From the NCBI GenBank assembly GCA_943357175.1, contig CALRGE010000001.1:65232-129231 (forward strand): a stretch of DNA of 64,000 bases, read 5' to 3'. This DNA is from Candidatus Peribacteria bacterium (GTDB lineage Bacteria > Patescibacteriota > Gracilibacteria > UBA1369 > 2-02-FULL-48-14). The stretch's first letter is position 1. The number at the start of each line of letters is the position of its first letter. The notes beneath the pieces were generated by a model. The model was not told the origin of the DNA, did not search any database, and worked only from the letters and a program-made list of their open reading frames with translations. Positions 17,220 to 26,345 of this stretch are shown here, in pieces. The position numbers were made by a program, and so were the translations under genes.

Positions 17220-18275
17220 ATGTTAGAAAATGAAAGTTTACCATGGACGGATGTATATAGACACGCTTTGGACGATCATTCCAGGTTTATTCAGCTGTCC
17301 GACGGTTTGCTTGGTGCTGCTTCCGTAAGTACTTTTTCCGAAGGATACACGACGATTTTTGATTTGAGTGGATATACAAAAATTGTTAAAGATTTGGATA
17401 AATGGCAGCAAATGAAGCTTTCTGAGGCAATTGTTAATGGCGCATTGGAATTTGGTAAAAAAATTAATGCTATTTTAGTTCAACCGCCTGCAGGTGATCA
17501 GGGGATATATTATTCGCAAGAAGATCCTGGGGAATTACCTATTGAAGAGATGGTAAAGCAAATCGAAGAAGATGCAGATCTTAAAAGAGATTCTTTGTCT
17601 GCTAAAGCTGTGATTGTTCCGCACGACAGAAATTCACTATTCTTAGGCACTTTTTTGAGCCCGCGTAAAAGAGGTGAACAAAGTGGATACACGGCACTGA
17701 TGGGGCCTGCTTATACTCGTGGTCTTTCTCGACTTTCCAGAATTGCAAAAGATGAAGTTATAAGAACTGAAAAGCCAAAACCTTTTAATGAAGGATATTT
17801 TAGAGAACTTGATATGAATAAAAATAGAACTTCTAAAAAGTATGTTGAAAGAGCGGTAAATGTTTTATCTGCTCCTAAAGTGCCTGAAGGCCCATATATG
17901 CATGCTGTTTTGAAGGCTTGGGATATTCGTGGTCGGGCGAATCTTGTTGATCCATCTATCTCTGCAACTTTGGCGAAGGCATTTTTGGAAAATAGAAAAT
18001 CTTGGCAGCCTGTTAAGCAAGATGAGGGACATCTACATATTGTTTCAAAAGAGCAGCCTGAGGATGCAAGAGTTTCATTGAGTCATATGTTGGAGTCGAT
18101 AGAAAGAGAGGCGGGTTTGCCAGGTACAAAAATTCAATTTGCAAGCACCAGTGTTAGAAACTCAGTTAGATTGCAAGTGCGAGATCACGTTGATTTTGCG
18201 GGAATACAAGTGATTGATCTGGTTCATCAATTGAAGGGAAAAAACGTTGAAAAGACTGATGAACGTCATCTGTAA
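17220..18275 (+). CDS. class III nucleotidyl-cyclase-like protein (divergent)
   Basis: TIFDLSGYT (Asp at codon 48, nt 17361) and PPAGDQGIYY (Asp at codon 93, nt 17496) are 45 residues apart. Later comes AKAVIVPHDRNSLFLGTF...YTALMGPAYTRGLSRLSRIAKDEVI. The same layout occurs in the giant protein at 22417-26301. Confidence 0.5.
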   Translation: MLENESLPWTDVYRHALDDHSRFIQLSDGLLGAASVSTFSEGYTTIFDLSGYTKIVKDLDKWQQMKLSEAIVNGALEFGKKINAILVQPPAGDQGIYYSQEDPGELPIEEMVKQIEEDADLKRDSLSAKAVIVPHDRNSLFLGTFLSPRKRGEQSGYTALMGPAYTRGLSRLSRIAKDEVIRTEKPKPFNEGYFRELDMNKNRTSKKYVERAVNVLSAPKVPEGPYMHAVLKAWDIRGRANLVDPSISATLAKAFLENRKSWQPVKQDEGHLHIVSKEQPEDARVSLSHMLESIEREAGLPGTKIQFASTSVRNSVRLQVRDHVDFAGIQVIDLVHQLKGKNVEKTDERHL

Positions 18276-18292
18276 AATTGCAAAGAAATAAT

Positions 18293-19294
18293 CTATTTTT
18301 CCTTGCTAGCAATGTAGGCCACTAAGTCGATTACTCGGTTTGAGTAACCCCATTCGTTGTCGTACCAAGCGAAGACTTTTGCCATGTTTCCGATAGCTAA
18401 AGTTTCAGCTGAGTCAACGATTGAAGAGCGCATGTCTCCTTTGAAGTCGACTGATACAAGCGGCAAGTCAGATACACCTAGAATTCCTTTTAGTGGACCT
18501 TCTGAAGCGGCTTTTAATGCTGCATTTATTTCTGCAGGTGTAGCTTGTTTCGCTAATTCTACTGTTAAGTCTACTAGAGAAACAGTTGGAGTTGGAACTC
18601 GAACTGCCATTCCGTTTAATTTTCCAAGTAGTTCAGGAATAACCAATCCGATTGCCTTTGCAGCGCCTGTTGAACTTGGAATCATGCTTTGAGTTGCTGC
18701 ACGTGCTCTACGATAATCACGGTGATCATTGTCGTGAAGATTTTGATCGTTTGTGTACGCGTGGATTGTTGTCATCAAACCTTTCACAATTCCAAAAGAA
18801 TCATTTAATACTTTTGCTACCGGTGCCAGCCCGTTAGTTGTGCAACTTGCATTTGAAATAATGTGATCTGTTTCAGGATTGTAAGTGTTTTCGTTGATCC
18901 CCATCACGATTGTTCTATCAATTTCATCTTTTGCTGGTGCGGAGATTACTACTCGCTTTGCTCCTGCTGTGATGTGTTTTCCGGCACCTGCACGATCAGT
19001 AAATACTCCAGTACATTCTATAACAAGATCTATGTTTAGATCTTTCCAAGGGAGTTCTTCAGGGTTTCTTGCAGAAACCACTTTTATTTCCTTTCCATTG
19101 ATTGTGTATTTTCCTGGCTCACCCTTCACATCCATGTTTAAAGTTCCGTAGTTCGTATCGTATTTCAAAAGGTGAGCTCCCATTGCAGGATCTCCCAAAT
19201 CGTTAACGGCAACTATGTCGATTTTTGGGTTCATAAGGTTGGCACGAAAAACCATTCGTCCAATTCTACCGAATCCGTTTATTGCAACGCGCAT
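18293..19294 (-). CDS. gap: glyceraldehyde-3-phosphate dehydrogenase, type I
   Basis: INGFGRIGR Rossmann motif, SNASCTTN active site and C-terminal WYDNEWGYS. Confidence 0.95.
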   Translation of the reverse strand: MRVAINGFGRIGRMVFRANLMNPKIDIVAVNDLGDPAMGAHLLKYDTNYGTLNMDVKGEPGKYTINGKEIKVVSARNPEELPWKDLNIDLVIECTGVFTDRAGAGKHITAGAKRVVISAPAKDEIDRTIVMGINENTYNPETDHIISNASCTTNGLAPVAKVLNDSFGIVKGLMTTIHAYTNDQNLHDNDHRDYRRARAATQSMIPSSTGAAKAIGLVIPELLGKLNGMAVRVPTPTVSLVDLTVELAKQATPAEINAALKAASEGPLKGILGVSDLPLVSVDFKGDMRSSIVDSAETLAIGNMAKVFAWYDNEWGYSNRVIDLVAYIASKEK

Positions 19295-19407
19295 GTGTGT
19301 GGGGTTATTTTAAAATCGGGCATAGTATAATGTGAGATTGAGAAAAATCAAATTTAGGATTTATTGTCGGAATGAAATATTTAATATCCTCTATTCAGCA
19401 AGGGAGC

Positions 19408-19439
19408 GTTTAGATAAAGTTCATGAACTTTATCTAAAC
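19408..19439. promoter_or_regulatory. perfect 32-bp palindrome GTTTAGATAAAGTTCA|TGAACTTTATCTAAAC in a divergent intergenic region
   Basis: Read directly. It lies between gap (start 19294, minus) and the first cNMP-binding-like gene (start 19617, plus). Confidence 0.5.
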
Positions 19440-19616
19440 TTCCTAATAAATTTATTGCTTCAATAGTAACTCTAAATCCTGTTAATAAAACCCTACTAAA
19501 TTTGTTTATTTATAAATAGTCTATTTTAATACAGAATTTATAATTTGTTACTTGGAAAATTTGATTTTGCTGCAGCTGGGTGTTATTAAGATCTACTATA
19601 ATTTAATAAATATTAT

Positions 19617-20789
19617 ATGGGAACAATTGATGTTACAGATGTGCCTGAACGTGGTGAAGGGCCAGCGAATTTTGATGTGATTGAAGAAGCTGATCTTCAG
19701 CCGGTTGCAGATTTAGTTCAAGATCATCTGACTAAAGTATTAGGTGGCTCATTTGAAATTATATTGGATACTCGTCGAGCTGTAGTTAATGTTAATAAAT
19801 TGGAGACTGATGTTCAGCCAAATACTTCAAGTATTCCGCGTATTATGTTTCATGAAGATGCGGCCGAGGTTCTTGGGGAAAGAAATGTAATGGACCGATT
19901 AAAAATGTCACCTGTTTTTGTCGGAGTTGGTCTGAATACTTTGAAAACTATTGCTCAAAAAGCACAGATTTTACGAGCTGATGAAGGCTCTGAAATAATT
20001 TCTAAAGGTGGTCTTGTGAAGGGTTTATTGATACCAATGGTGGATGGTACAAATGTTAAGATTGTAGTTGAAGAAGAGGCTATACCAAATAAGCAGATTA
20101 CAGGAAGAAATTTGCAAAAAGATGAATTTTTGGGTGAATATATGATGGCTTTGGGGGCTAAGCCTACCAGTTCGGTTCTTTGTGTAAAAGAAGGTGGAGC
20201 AGAGTTTTTATATGTTCCGCACGAACTTTTTGAAGAACTGCATAAGAGATCTCAGCAAACAGTTAAAGAAAATATAATCAAAAAGACACCATTATCAAAA
20301 TTTCAAAATCAAAATCTAGATGAAGTTGATCTTGAAATGGCGGATAAGACATATGTTTACATCCCGACAAGACCAAAAGTCTCAAAAATTATTAAAGATA
20401 TTATCTTAGCAGGCTTGGGGGCTGAGGGTGACGCTAGTTTTGCTAAAGAATATGTCGCGGGTGATGAAATCATGACTCCAAGTGTTGGTTATTATGGTTT
20501 AATCTCTAGAGGTGCTGTGATCGTTGCCAATGAGACCATTGAGCCATTTAATCATGAGGTTTTAGCTGATGTTGCGGATGGGAATATTCTCTTTGAAGCG
20601 AATGCTGTTGGAGTAATTCCTCCAAAAAATATTAAAATCAGTGCAGGCATTCTTGGGGCAACTATTGTTTATGTATATCTCAATCCGGATCAGCCAAATT
20701 ATGAAGAATCATTAAATGCACTATTAGATGGACAGCACTCAAAGCTTACAAAGGCTAACTTAAGAAGAGCAGCAATTCAAAAATCTTAA
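19617..20789 (+). CDS. tandem cyclic-nucleotide-binding-like (CAP-effector-type beta-roll) domain protein, paralogue A
   Basis: 390 aa. SPVFVGVGLNTLKTIAQKAQILRADEGSEIISKG...DEFLGEYMMALGAKPTSSVLCVKEGGAEFLYVPHELFEEL. A second roll contains GNILFEANAVGV. The canonical Arg of the phosphate-binding cassette is not evident. Confidence 0.5.
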   Translation: MGTIDVTDVPERGEGPANFDVIEEADLQPVADLVQDHLTKVLGGSFEIILDTRRAVVNVNKLETDVQPNTSSIPRIMFHEDAAEVLGERNVMDRLKMSPVFVGVGLNTLKTIAQKAQILRADEGSEIISKGGLVKGLLIPMVDGTNVKIVVEEEAIPNKQITGRNLQKDEFLGEYMMALGAKPTSSVLCVKEGGAEFLYVPHELFEELHKRSQQTVKENIIKKTPLSKFQNQNLDEVDLEMADKTYVYIPTRPKVSKIIKDIILAGLGAEGDASFAKEYVAGDEIMTPSVGYYGLISRGAVIVANETIEPFNHEVLADVADGNILFEANAVGVIPPKNIKISAGILGATIVYVYLNPDQPNYEESLNALLDGQHSKLTKANLRRAAIQKS

Positions 20790-20799
20790 TAAATTTTCT

Positions 20800-21969
20800 A
20801 TGCCAAATCCAGATGATGAAGTAGTTGACCCAGAAGCGGCACCGATTCCAGATGGTTTGGCTTCTCATCTTCCAAGCAGAGCTGATATTAGAGATGAAGT
20901 TTCAATAGTTGGGCTTCATGATGGTGATCCAAATATTTCTCTTAGTGATTTAAGGGACTTTCTTCTTGAATATGAAGATGGTTTTTATTCTGATCTTGAT
21001 GATGAATTGACTGAAACTCGAGATGAACTTGCTGAAATTATTCCTGATGGTGGAATCGATGGCGAGGTTTTGGCAAATGTTTTGATTCCAAAAAAGACAT
21101 TAAAACATGCAATAACAAGCAATCCGCTTTTCGGAAATGTTGGAATGGAAACTAAGGAGAAAATTTTTGATAGAGCTGAGATTAGGTTTGTACCTCATGC
21201 TTCAATCATTATTGGTCCGGATACTAAGGATCAGGGAATGTTTATGCCTGTTAAAAAAGGTGTAGTGGAAATTTTTGATGTTGAAGGTAATAAAGTTGGA
21301 AGAAAAGTACTTGATGAGGGTAATTATATTGGTGAGTATGCATTGGTTGGACTTCAGCCGACGGCTAATATTGTAAATATGTCTGGAGAATCAAAATTTA
21401 TTTATATATCTAATGAACTTTTTGAGAGTTTACATATTGAATCAAGGCTGGAAATGTTGGAGGAATTGTTAAGAAACTCACCTTTAGTTAAATATTCTCA
21501 AGAGAATCCTGCTGAAACTTCGAGCGAAATTATTTCTGTTTCAGAGCCAAGGCATGATGTGGCAGCTTTATTTTCCAAGTTACTCTTGAAACCTTCTAAA
21601 CATGAAGCATTTCCTTCTTTTAAAGTTGTAAAATATCAAGTGGGAGAAGAAATTACGCCGCCAGATAAGAATTTTTTGGGGCTTATATCTGAGGGAGGTT
21701 TGGTGTCTGTAAATAGGGTGAACGAAGGTGGTGTTGGAACGCAAATTGCAGAGATTCAGCATTTTAATACTTTATTTGAGGCGAATGCAGTTGGAGTTCA
21801 GCCTCACTCCTCAATAAAACTGATTGCAGATAAAGAAACTACGGTTGTGTATGTAAACGTAGCTCGTGACAATACTAATTATGAAAAGTGTATGGCTGTT
21901 GCTTTGAGAGGCCAGGCGGCAAAATTGTCCGGTTCGAATGTAAGAGTTGGAATGCTTAAGAGAGACTAG
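20800..21969 (+). CDS. tandem cyclic-nucleotide-binding-like domain protein, paralogue B
   Basis: 389 aa. NPLFGNVGMETKEKIFDRAEIRFVPHASIII...GNYIGEYALVGLQPTANIVNMSGESKFIYISNELFESL. Shares LFEANAVGV and the overall layout with paralogue A. Confidence 0.5.
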   Translation: MPNPDDEVVDPEAAPIPDGLASHLPSRADIRDEVSIVGLHDGDPNISLSDLRDFLLEYEDGFYSDLDDELTETRDELAEIIPDGGIDGEVLANVLIPKKTLKHAITSNPLFGNVGMETKEKIFDRAEIRFVPHASIIIGPDTKDQGMFMPVKKGVVEIFDVEGNKVGRKVLDEGNYIGEYALVGLQPTANIVNMSGESKFIYISNELFESLHIESRLEMLEELLRNSPLVKYSQENPAETSSEIISVSEPRHDVAALFSKLLLKPSKHEAFPSFKVVKYQVGEEITPPDKNFLGLISEGGLVSVNRVNEGGVGTQIAEIQHFNTLFEANAVGVQPHSSIKLIADKETTVVYVNVARDNTNYEKCMAVALRGQAAKLSGSNVRVGMLKRD

Positions 21970-22035
21970 CGCTTTGACTAATGTCTGAAAATATGTTATT
22001 ATTATCTGATTACATATTTTATAACTAAAACAAAT

Positions 22036-22236
22036 ATGCAAAAACACGTTCATGTTGATGCGCAAAAACACAATAAAATTGTGGTTGCCGTCATCCTAGT
22101 AATTTTGGCACTTGCCACGGTTACAGTAATGTATCTTCGTTCGACAGGTGATGTTGACCTGAAAGATGGCGAAGGTAGAATACAAAAAACTTCTATATCT
22201 TTACCCGTTAACTCCATTCAAGGAGAAATGAATTAA
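22036..22236 (+). CDS. mini single-pass membrane protein (twin 1)
   Basis: 66 aa. TM segment IVVAVILVILALATVTVMYL. C-terminus ...NSIQGEMN. Confidence 0.45.
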   Translation: MQKHVHVDAQKHNKIVVAVILVILALATVTVMYLRSTGDVDLKDGEGRIQKTSISLPVNSIQGEMN

Positions 22237-22237
22237 T

Positions 22238-22408
22238 ATGACACCTAAAACACTTAAAATTCTACTTATCATCTCTATCGTGGTTCTTGCCATTGTATCT
22301 GTCTTGTATATGAAAACATACAATGAGCTTAAGTCTTATAAAGAAGGGTCAACAAGTATTCTTCAATTGAAATCTTCTAGTATACAGGGTGAGATGGGAA
22401 TTAAATAG
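22238..22408 (+). CDS. mini single-pass membrane protein (twin 2), not in the ORF track (56 aa)
   Basis: Hand translation gives MTPKTLKILLIISIVVLAIVSVLYMKTYNELKSYKEGSTSILQLKSSSIQGEMGIK. The ATG lies 1 nt after the previous stop. It shares the TM segment plus the SIQGEM C-terminal motif with twin 1. Confidence 0.45.
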   Translation: MTPKTLKILLIISIVVLAIVSVLYMKTYNELKSYKEGSTSILQLKSSSIQGEMGIK

Positions 22409-22416
22409 TTAAGAAA

Positions 22417-25400
22417 TTAAAATCTTAATTCAAGAGGTAAAAGCTGAACTGCTGTTGCGAGTTCGGTTTTTATTTGTTCATTTTCATTTCTGATATTTTT
22501 CTCTCCGGCTCCTTTGGTGTGATGTAGTTTTAAGCGGACATAATTGTTAGCCATATGCTCATTTATTGAAATCGTCTCTTTTACCAATTCTTTATCTGAA
22601 TCTATATTTGGATATTTTGCTATAGCTCTAATTTTATATTCACAGAGCGCGCAATATCCTAACATTGCATTCGCTCTATTTAGCATGTCACCTGAGAGAA
22701 TTGCAGATGATTCCAATTTACGAATTCTTTCCTCCAATCCCTCTAACATTTCAAAAGTTTCTTCTCTGCTTGATTCAGGTGAGTTTGCTTTTTCTCTGCA
22801 TAAATAATCGTAAGCTTCAACAACACCTTGGAGCGTGTCATTTGTTTGAAATAAATCAGGAGGATTAATATTTGCAAATTTCTTTCCAGCTTGGTCAAAA
22901 ATTTTAATTGCTGCCTCGTGATCTCCAAGTTGATTACTCGTACCACCACATAACCTTAAAAATGTGGCTTGAGTTTCTTCTGATCCTTTTGAGCCAAATT
23001 TTATCAATGCATCCAGTTCATCTTTAAATGCCGTTTTTTTCTTTTTGTAATATTCTTTCAATTCATCTTTTTCTATTACTCTCTTATCTTTTAAAGAACG
23101 TAGTGTGTAAACTTTTCTTAGTAAATTATCCATTTCAATTGTAGCAATTACGCCATCTCTTTCGTTGCTAATAGAAAGTGTTTGCAGTTCAGCAATAAGT
23201 TTTTTGAAAATCGTTTGTCTTTCGCGCATTTCAAATATGCCATCAAGTTCTTTTTCATCGAAGGAATTTTCGAGAGTTGAAACGACATTTCCAGGTACCG
23301 CATTATTCTTTCCATCTAATGTACACAACCTGTATTTTCTCCAGATCAGCTTTAATTTTATGCCTTCCAATGAGCTTGAGGAATCTATTGTTGCATATAT
23401 TTCCTCTGCGATTTTGCGTTGCTTTTCGTCACTTGTGTGGAAGGTTTGGGCCATGTCCATGAAGAAGTCAAAATTTTCAGGTTTAATTTTTTGGAGGCCG
23501 GATTTTTTTAAGTAATCGTAGTAGGCTCTGCGGGATTCAGAAACGAAACCTTGGCCGAAGTAGTATTTTGCGACTTTTGAACATGATTTAATTAGGCTTT
23601 GTTCATTTACTTGGCCGGCGTTCAAAAGATGCTGAAATTTTGCTTCAATTGAATCAATTTCTTCGCCTTCGAATGCGTTTTGAAAAATTAGCATCCGTGA
23701 GAATTCGGTTTCATCTTTTACAGCAAGAAGCAGTGCAGAATTTCTTTCATTTTTATCTTTGAGATCGTAGTTTTCACCTATTTTTTCCAGTAAACCTTTG
23801 TCACATAAATATTCAAGATCTTCCGAAAATGTTTTTTTCATTTCAGAATTTTCTTGGCGAATATTTTTAAGATTGCAATAAATTGGCCAAAGAATTTTTA
23901 TGCTAGTTTTTAATTTTACTGAGGCTACTAGACCTAAAATAAATTGTCTTTCTTCAGAAACACCTTCACGAATTTTGCGTCCGATTTCTCCTGTTCTTAT
24001 ATTTTTGGTTTTACTTTTATCAAAGAAAATTCTTCCACCTTCTTTTGTTAGAGCTTCGTTCAAAATATATATTAAATTTCGTGGTGTAATTTGGAAATTT
24101 TCTTCCTCACAGAATTTTTCCAAAGCCAAAGTCAGCGGTTGTAGGTCTGTAATAAGGTCTAATTGTATTATATTGATGTCTAATAACATGTCCGCTGCAT
24201 CTTCAATGGTCATTGCTTTAACTTCAATGGTTTTTCCGCCAAAATCACCACTGTGAATCAGACCTGTCTTTGTTGTTACTATTGCTGCAGCGAATCGCTC
24301 AAAAAGTGGCCTTTCGTTTGGATTAATTTCTTTAATATCCAGCACTAATAAATTTCTTTCGTTTAGTGTAGAGGCATCCAGTAAAAGTTCATCGAATTTT
24401 ACCAGTAAATCTTTTTCCGCTATATCCTTTCTAATGTTAGGATAAAAAGAACAGACAAGACCTCGAATTAAAGTGTAAGAGTCTTGCCCCAATTTCTCTA
24501 TATTTGAAGCTTTTATACCTTTTTCTGTTGCGTGTTTTAATGAGTGTCTCATCAATGCCGAAACACCTGTACCGCTAAGATTTGAATAAATTTTTAGGAA
24601 ATTACCATTTGTTCCTAGATTGGAAACGAAGTCTTCGATTTCTTTTTTTTCAACGTCAACACCGACCAGTTCTTTACCCGAAATTTTTTCCGGATCAATG
24701 TCATGTAGATCAATTTTTAAACACATTATGTCTCCACCTTTGGCTCTTACAACGTCAAATTCAAATATATTTCCAAATGCTTTTCTACAAAACTCAGTGT
24801 CAATTCTAAGGTCACGACTTTCAGTTCCAAGTCTTACTGATTTCACAATTCCTGAGCCAGCTCTTTCTTCAAGTGAGCTACCTAGCACTCGAGTTCGAAC
24901 CATGCTTTCTGTGTATCCCACGCCAATTCCAAGTTTGAATCCCTCGGTAGAAATCATCTCCGCCATGTCTCTGCAAAAAGCTAAAATTTTCTTTCCGTTT
25001 GCTTCGTTCAAAGGAAGTTTTGTGTGAACATGTAATTTCTCACCGTCTTTTTTAAATGTGAAAAAATCAGGGTAGTTTTTAATTATTTTGAAGTATTTTT
25101 TTATTACTGATTCGTATCTTTCTTGTCTCATTCCTAGATCCTCAAGACTACCAATTTGGAATGCTATCGAGGTAGCATCGATTGCAGGTAGTTTTTCCTT
25201 GCCACGATTCATATTGTCGACGGTGCTTATACAACCACGTGTGTGTGTTGCCTGAGCTAGTGCCGAGATCAGGGCGATTGATTCCTTGTAACTATCTGGC
25301 AAGCAATCTCTTATCAAAGTGATATATTTGCTGCCTGGTTCTTTGATGTATTTAATATCTTTAATCTCTGGCATTTCAACATTAGCTAAATCCTCATCTT

Positions 25401-26301
25401 TAACTTCGTAGCCTTTTAATATAATTCCTAAATCTTTCAAATATGATTTTGTTTCGCCATCTACTTCGAGCCTGTTTTTTCCCACATTTTTTTGGCCATG
25501 AATTGCTCTAACATATGCATCTCCGTCAACGTCGATTAGTCCATCTTCTGTACCTTTTGGTGATGTATATATAGAAAGCCTTAAATCACCATCTGCTTTT
25601 GCCACACCAGTTGAGAAGGTAAAATTCCCGTCTGGATACAGCTTTTTGTCAGGATTATTTAAGGGAACTTTAATCTTAACTTCGCGAAGTGCTTTCAAGA
25701 AAGCAGGCAAATGCTCTTCAACATAAAATACATATGCGTCTCCGGCCGGTGCTTGTAAAAGTTTAACATTGAATTTCTTACAAAGCTGAAACATAGTTAT
25801 TTGATAACTTTCATCTAGTGCGGTCTTTTGTGAGTCGGTTGCTTGATATTGAAAATTTGAGTAGCCATTTAAATCTGCGACTATTGTAAAACCTGGTTTT
25901 AGTGGGAAATTAAGGTGAATATCACTTATAGCATCGTTGATGCTTATGTTTGGATTTTTGCGAAATCTCTCAACAATTTCTTTTTTTAGTGGATCTATAT
26001 ATGCTTTTATCCAGGGTGGGGATGTTATTAATTCCCAAAGTTGATCGATGTTGTAAGTTTTTAGAGCATCGGTGATGTTGTCGATTCCACTAATTTTTCC
26101 AATTGCAGTCAAAATACCAGTAAGAATATTTTTACGATTTCCTTCAGCGATAACATTAATAATCTCAGATCCTGTGCGTGTGTTTAAATCGAATACACTG
26201 TTAGAGACTAGGGAAGGCTCCTTTGTTTCATCTGGTAAATCTTCGCTTTTATCTTCTCGGCGATCAATAATTTTTATATTTCCCATAGTTGCCCGCACCA
26301 T
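22417..26301 (-). CDS. giant multidomain protein: cyclase-like domain, second degenerate cyclase-like domain, STAND/AAA16-like module with degenerate Walker A, long helical (TPR-like) repeat region
   Basis: The ORF is open to 26529, but the first 76-81 codons overlap the divergent tsaC and look non-protein-like. Internal ATGs lie at 26301 (MVRATMGNIK) and 26286. TIVADLNGYS, then 45 aa, then APAGDAYVFY. FKKDGEKLHV...FKLGIGVGYTESMVRTRVLG. SNLSGTGVSALM has no Walker Lys. LLVLDIKE. The C-terminal ~550 aa are helical repeats. Confidence 0.6.
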   Translation of the reverse strand: MVRATMGNIKIIDRREDKSEDLPDETKEPSLVSNSVFDLNTRTGSEIINVIAEGNRKNILTGILTAIGKISGIDNITDALKTYNIDQLWELITSPPWIKAYIDPLKKEIVERFRKNPNISINDAISDIHLNFPLKPGFTIVADLNGYSNFQYQATDSQKTALDESYQITMFQLCKKFNVKLLQAPAGDAYVFYVEEHLPAFLKALREVKIKVPLNNPDKKLYPDGNFTFSTGVAKADGDLRLSIYTSPKGTEDGLIDVDGDAYVRAIHGQKNVGKNRLEVDGETKSYLKDLGIILKGYEVKDEDLANVEMPEIKDIKYIKEPGSKYITLIRDCLPDSYKESIALISALAQATHTRGCISTVDNMNRGKEKLPAIDATSIAFQIGSLEDLGMRQERYESVIKKYFKIIKNYPDFFTFKKDGEKLHVHTKLPLNEANGKKILAFCRDMAEMISTEGFKLGIGVGYTESMVRTRVLGSSLEERAGSGIVKSVRLGTESRDLRIDTEFCRKAFGNIFEFDVVRAKGGDIMCLKIDLHDIDPEKISGKELVGVDVEKKEIEDFVSNLGTNGNFLKIYSNLSGTGVSALMRHSLKHATEKGIKASNIEKLGQDSYTLIRGLVCSFYPNIRKDIAEKDLLVKFDELLLDASTLNERNLLVLDIKEINPNERPLFERFAAAIVTTKTGLIHSGDFGGKTIEVKAMTIEDAADMLLDINIIQLDLITDLQPLTLALEKFCEEENFQITPRNLIYILNEALTKEGGRIFFDKSKTKNIRTGEIGRKIREGVSEERQFILGLVASVKLKTSIKILWPIYCNLKNIRQENSEMKKTFSEDLEYLCDKGLLEKIGENYDLKDKNERNSALLLAVKDETEFSRMLIFQNAFEGEEIDSIEAKFQHLLNAGQVNEQSLIKSCSKVAKYYFGQGFVSESRRAYYDYLKKSGLQKIKPENFDFFMDMAQTFHTSDEKQRKIAEEIYATIDSSSSLEGIKLKLIWRKYRLCTLDGKNNAVPGNVVSTLENSFDEKELDGIFEMRERQTIFKKLIAELQTLSISNERDGVIATIEMDNLLRKVYTLRSLKDKRVIEKDELKEYYKKKKTAFKDELDALIKFGSKGSEETQATFLRLCGGTSNQLGDHEAAIKIFDQAGKKFANINPPDLFQTNDTLQGVVEAYDYLCREKANSPESSREETFEMLEGLEERIRKLESSAILSGDMLNRANAMLGYCALCEYKIRAIAKYPNIDSDKELVKETISINEHMANNYVRLKLHHTKGAGEKNIRNENEQIKTELATAVQLLPLELRF

Positions 26302-26345
26302 ACAATGGTTTTGCAGTTTTGTAAAGACTGTGATATAACTTTTAT

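Noticed and set aside
22409-22440. An AT-only inverted repeat (TTAAGA...TCTTAA) between the twin peptides and the end of the giant gene, considered as a bidirectional terminator.
   Set aside because: The stem is only 6 A/T-rich bp and overlaps the stop codon of the giant gene. It is too weak to call.
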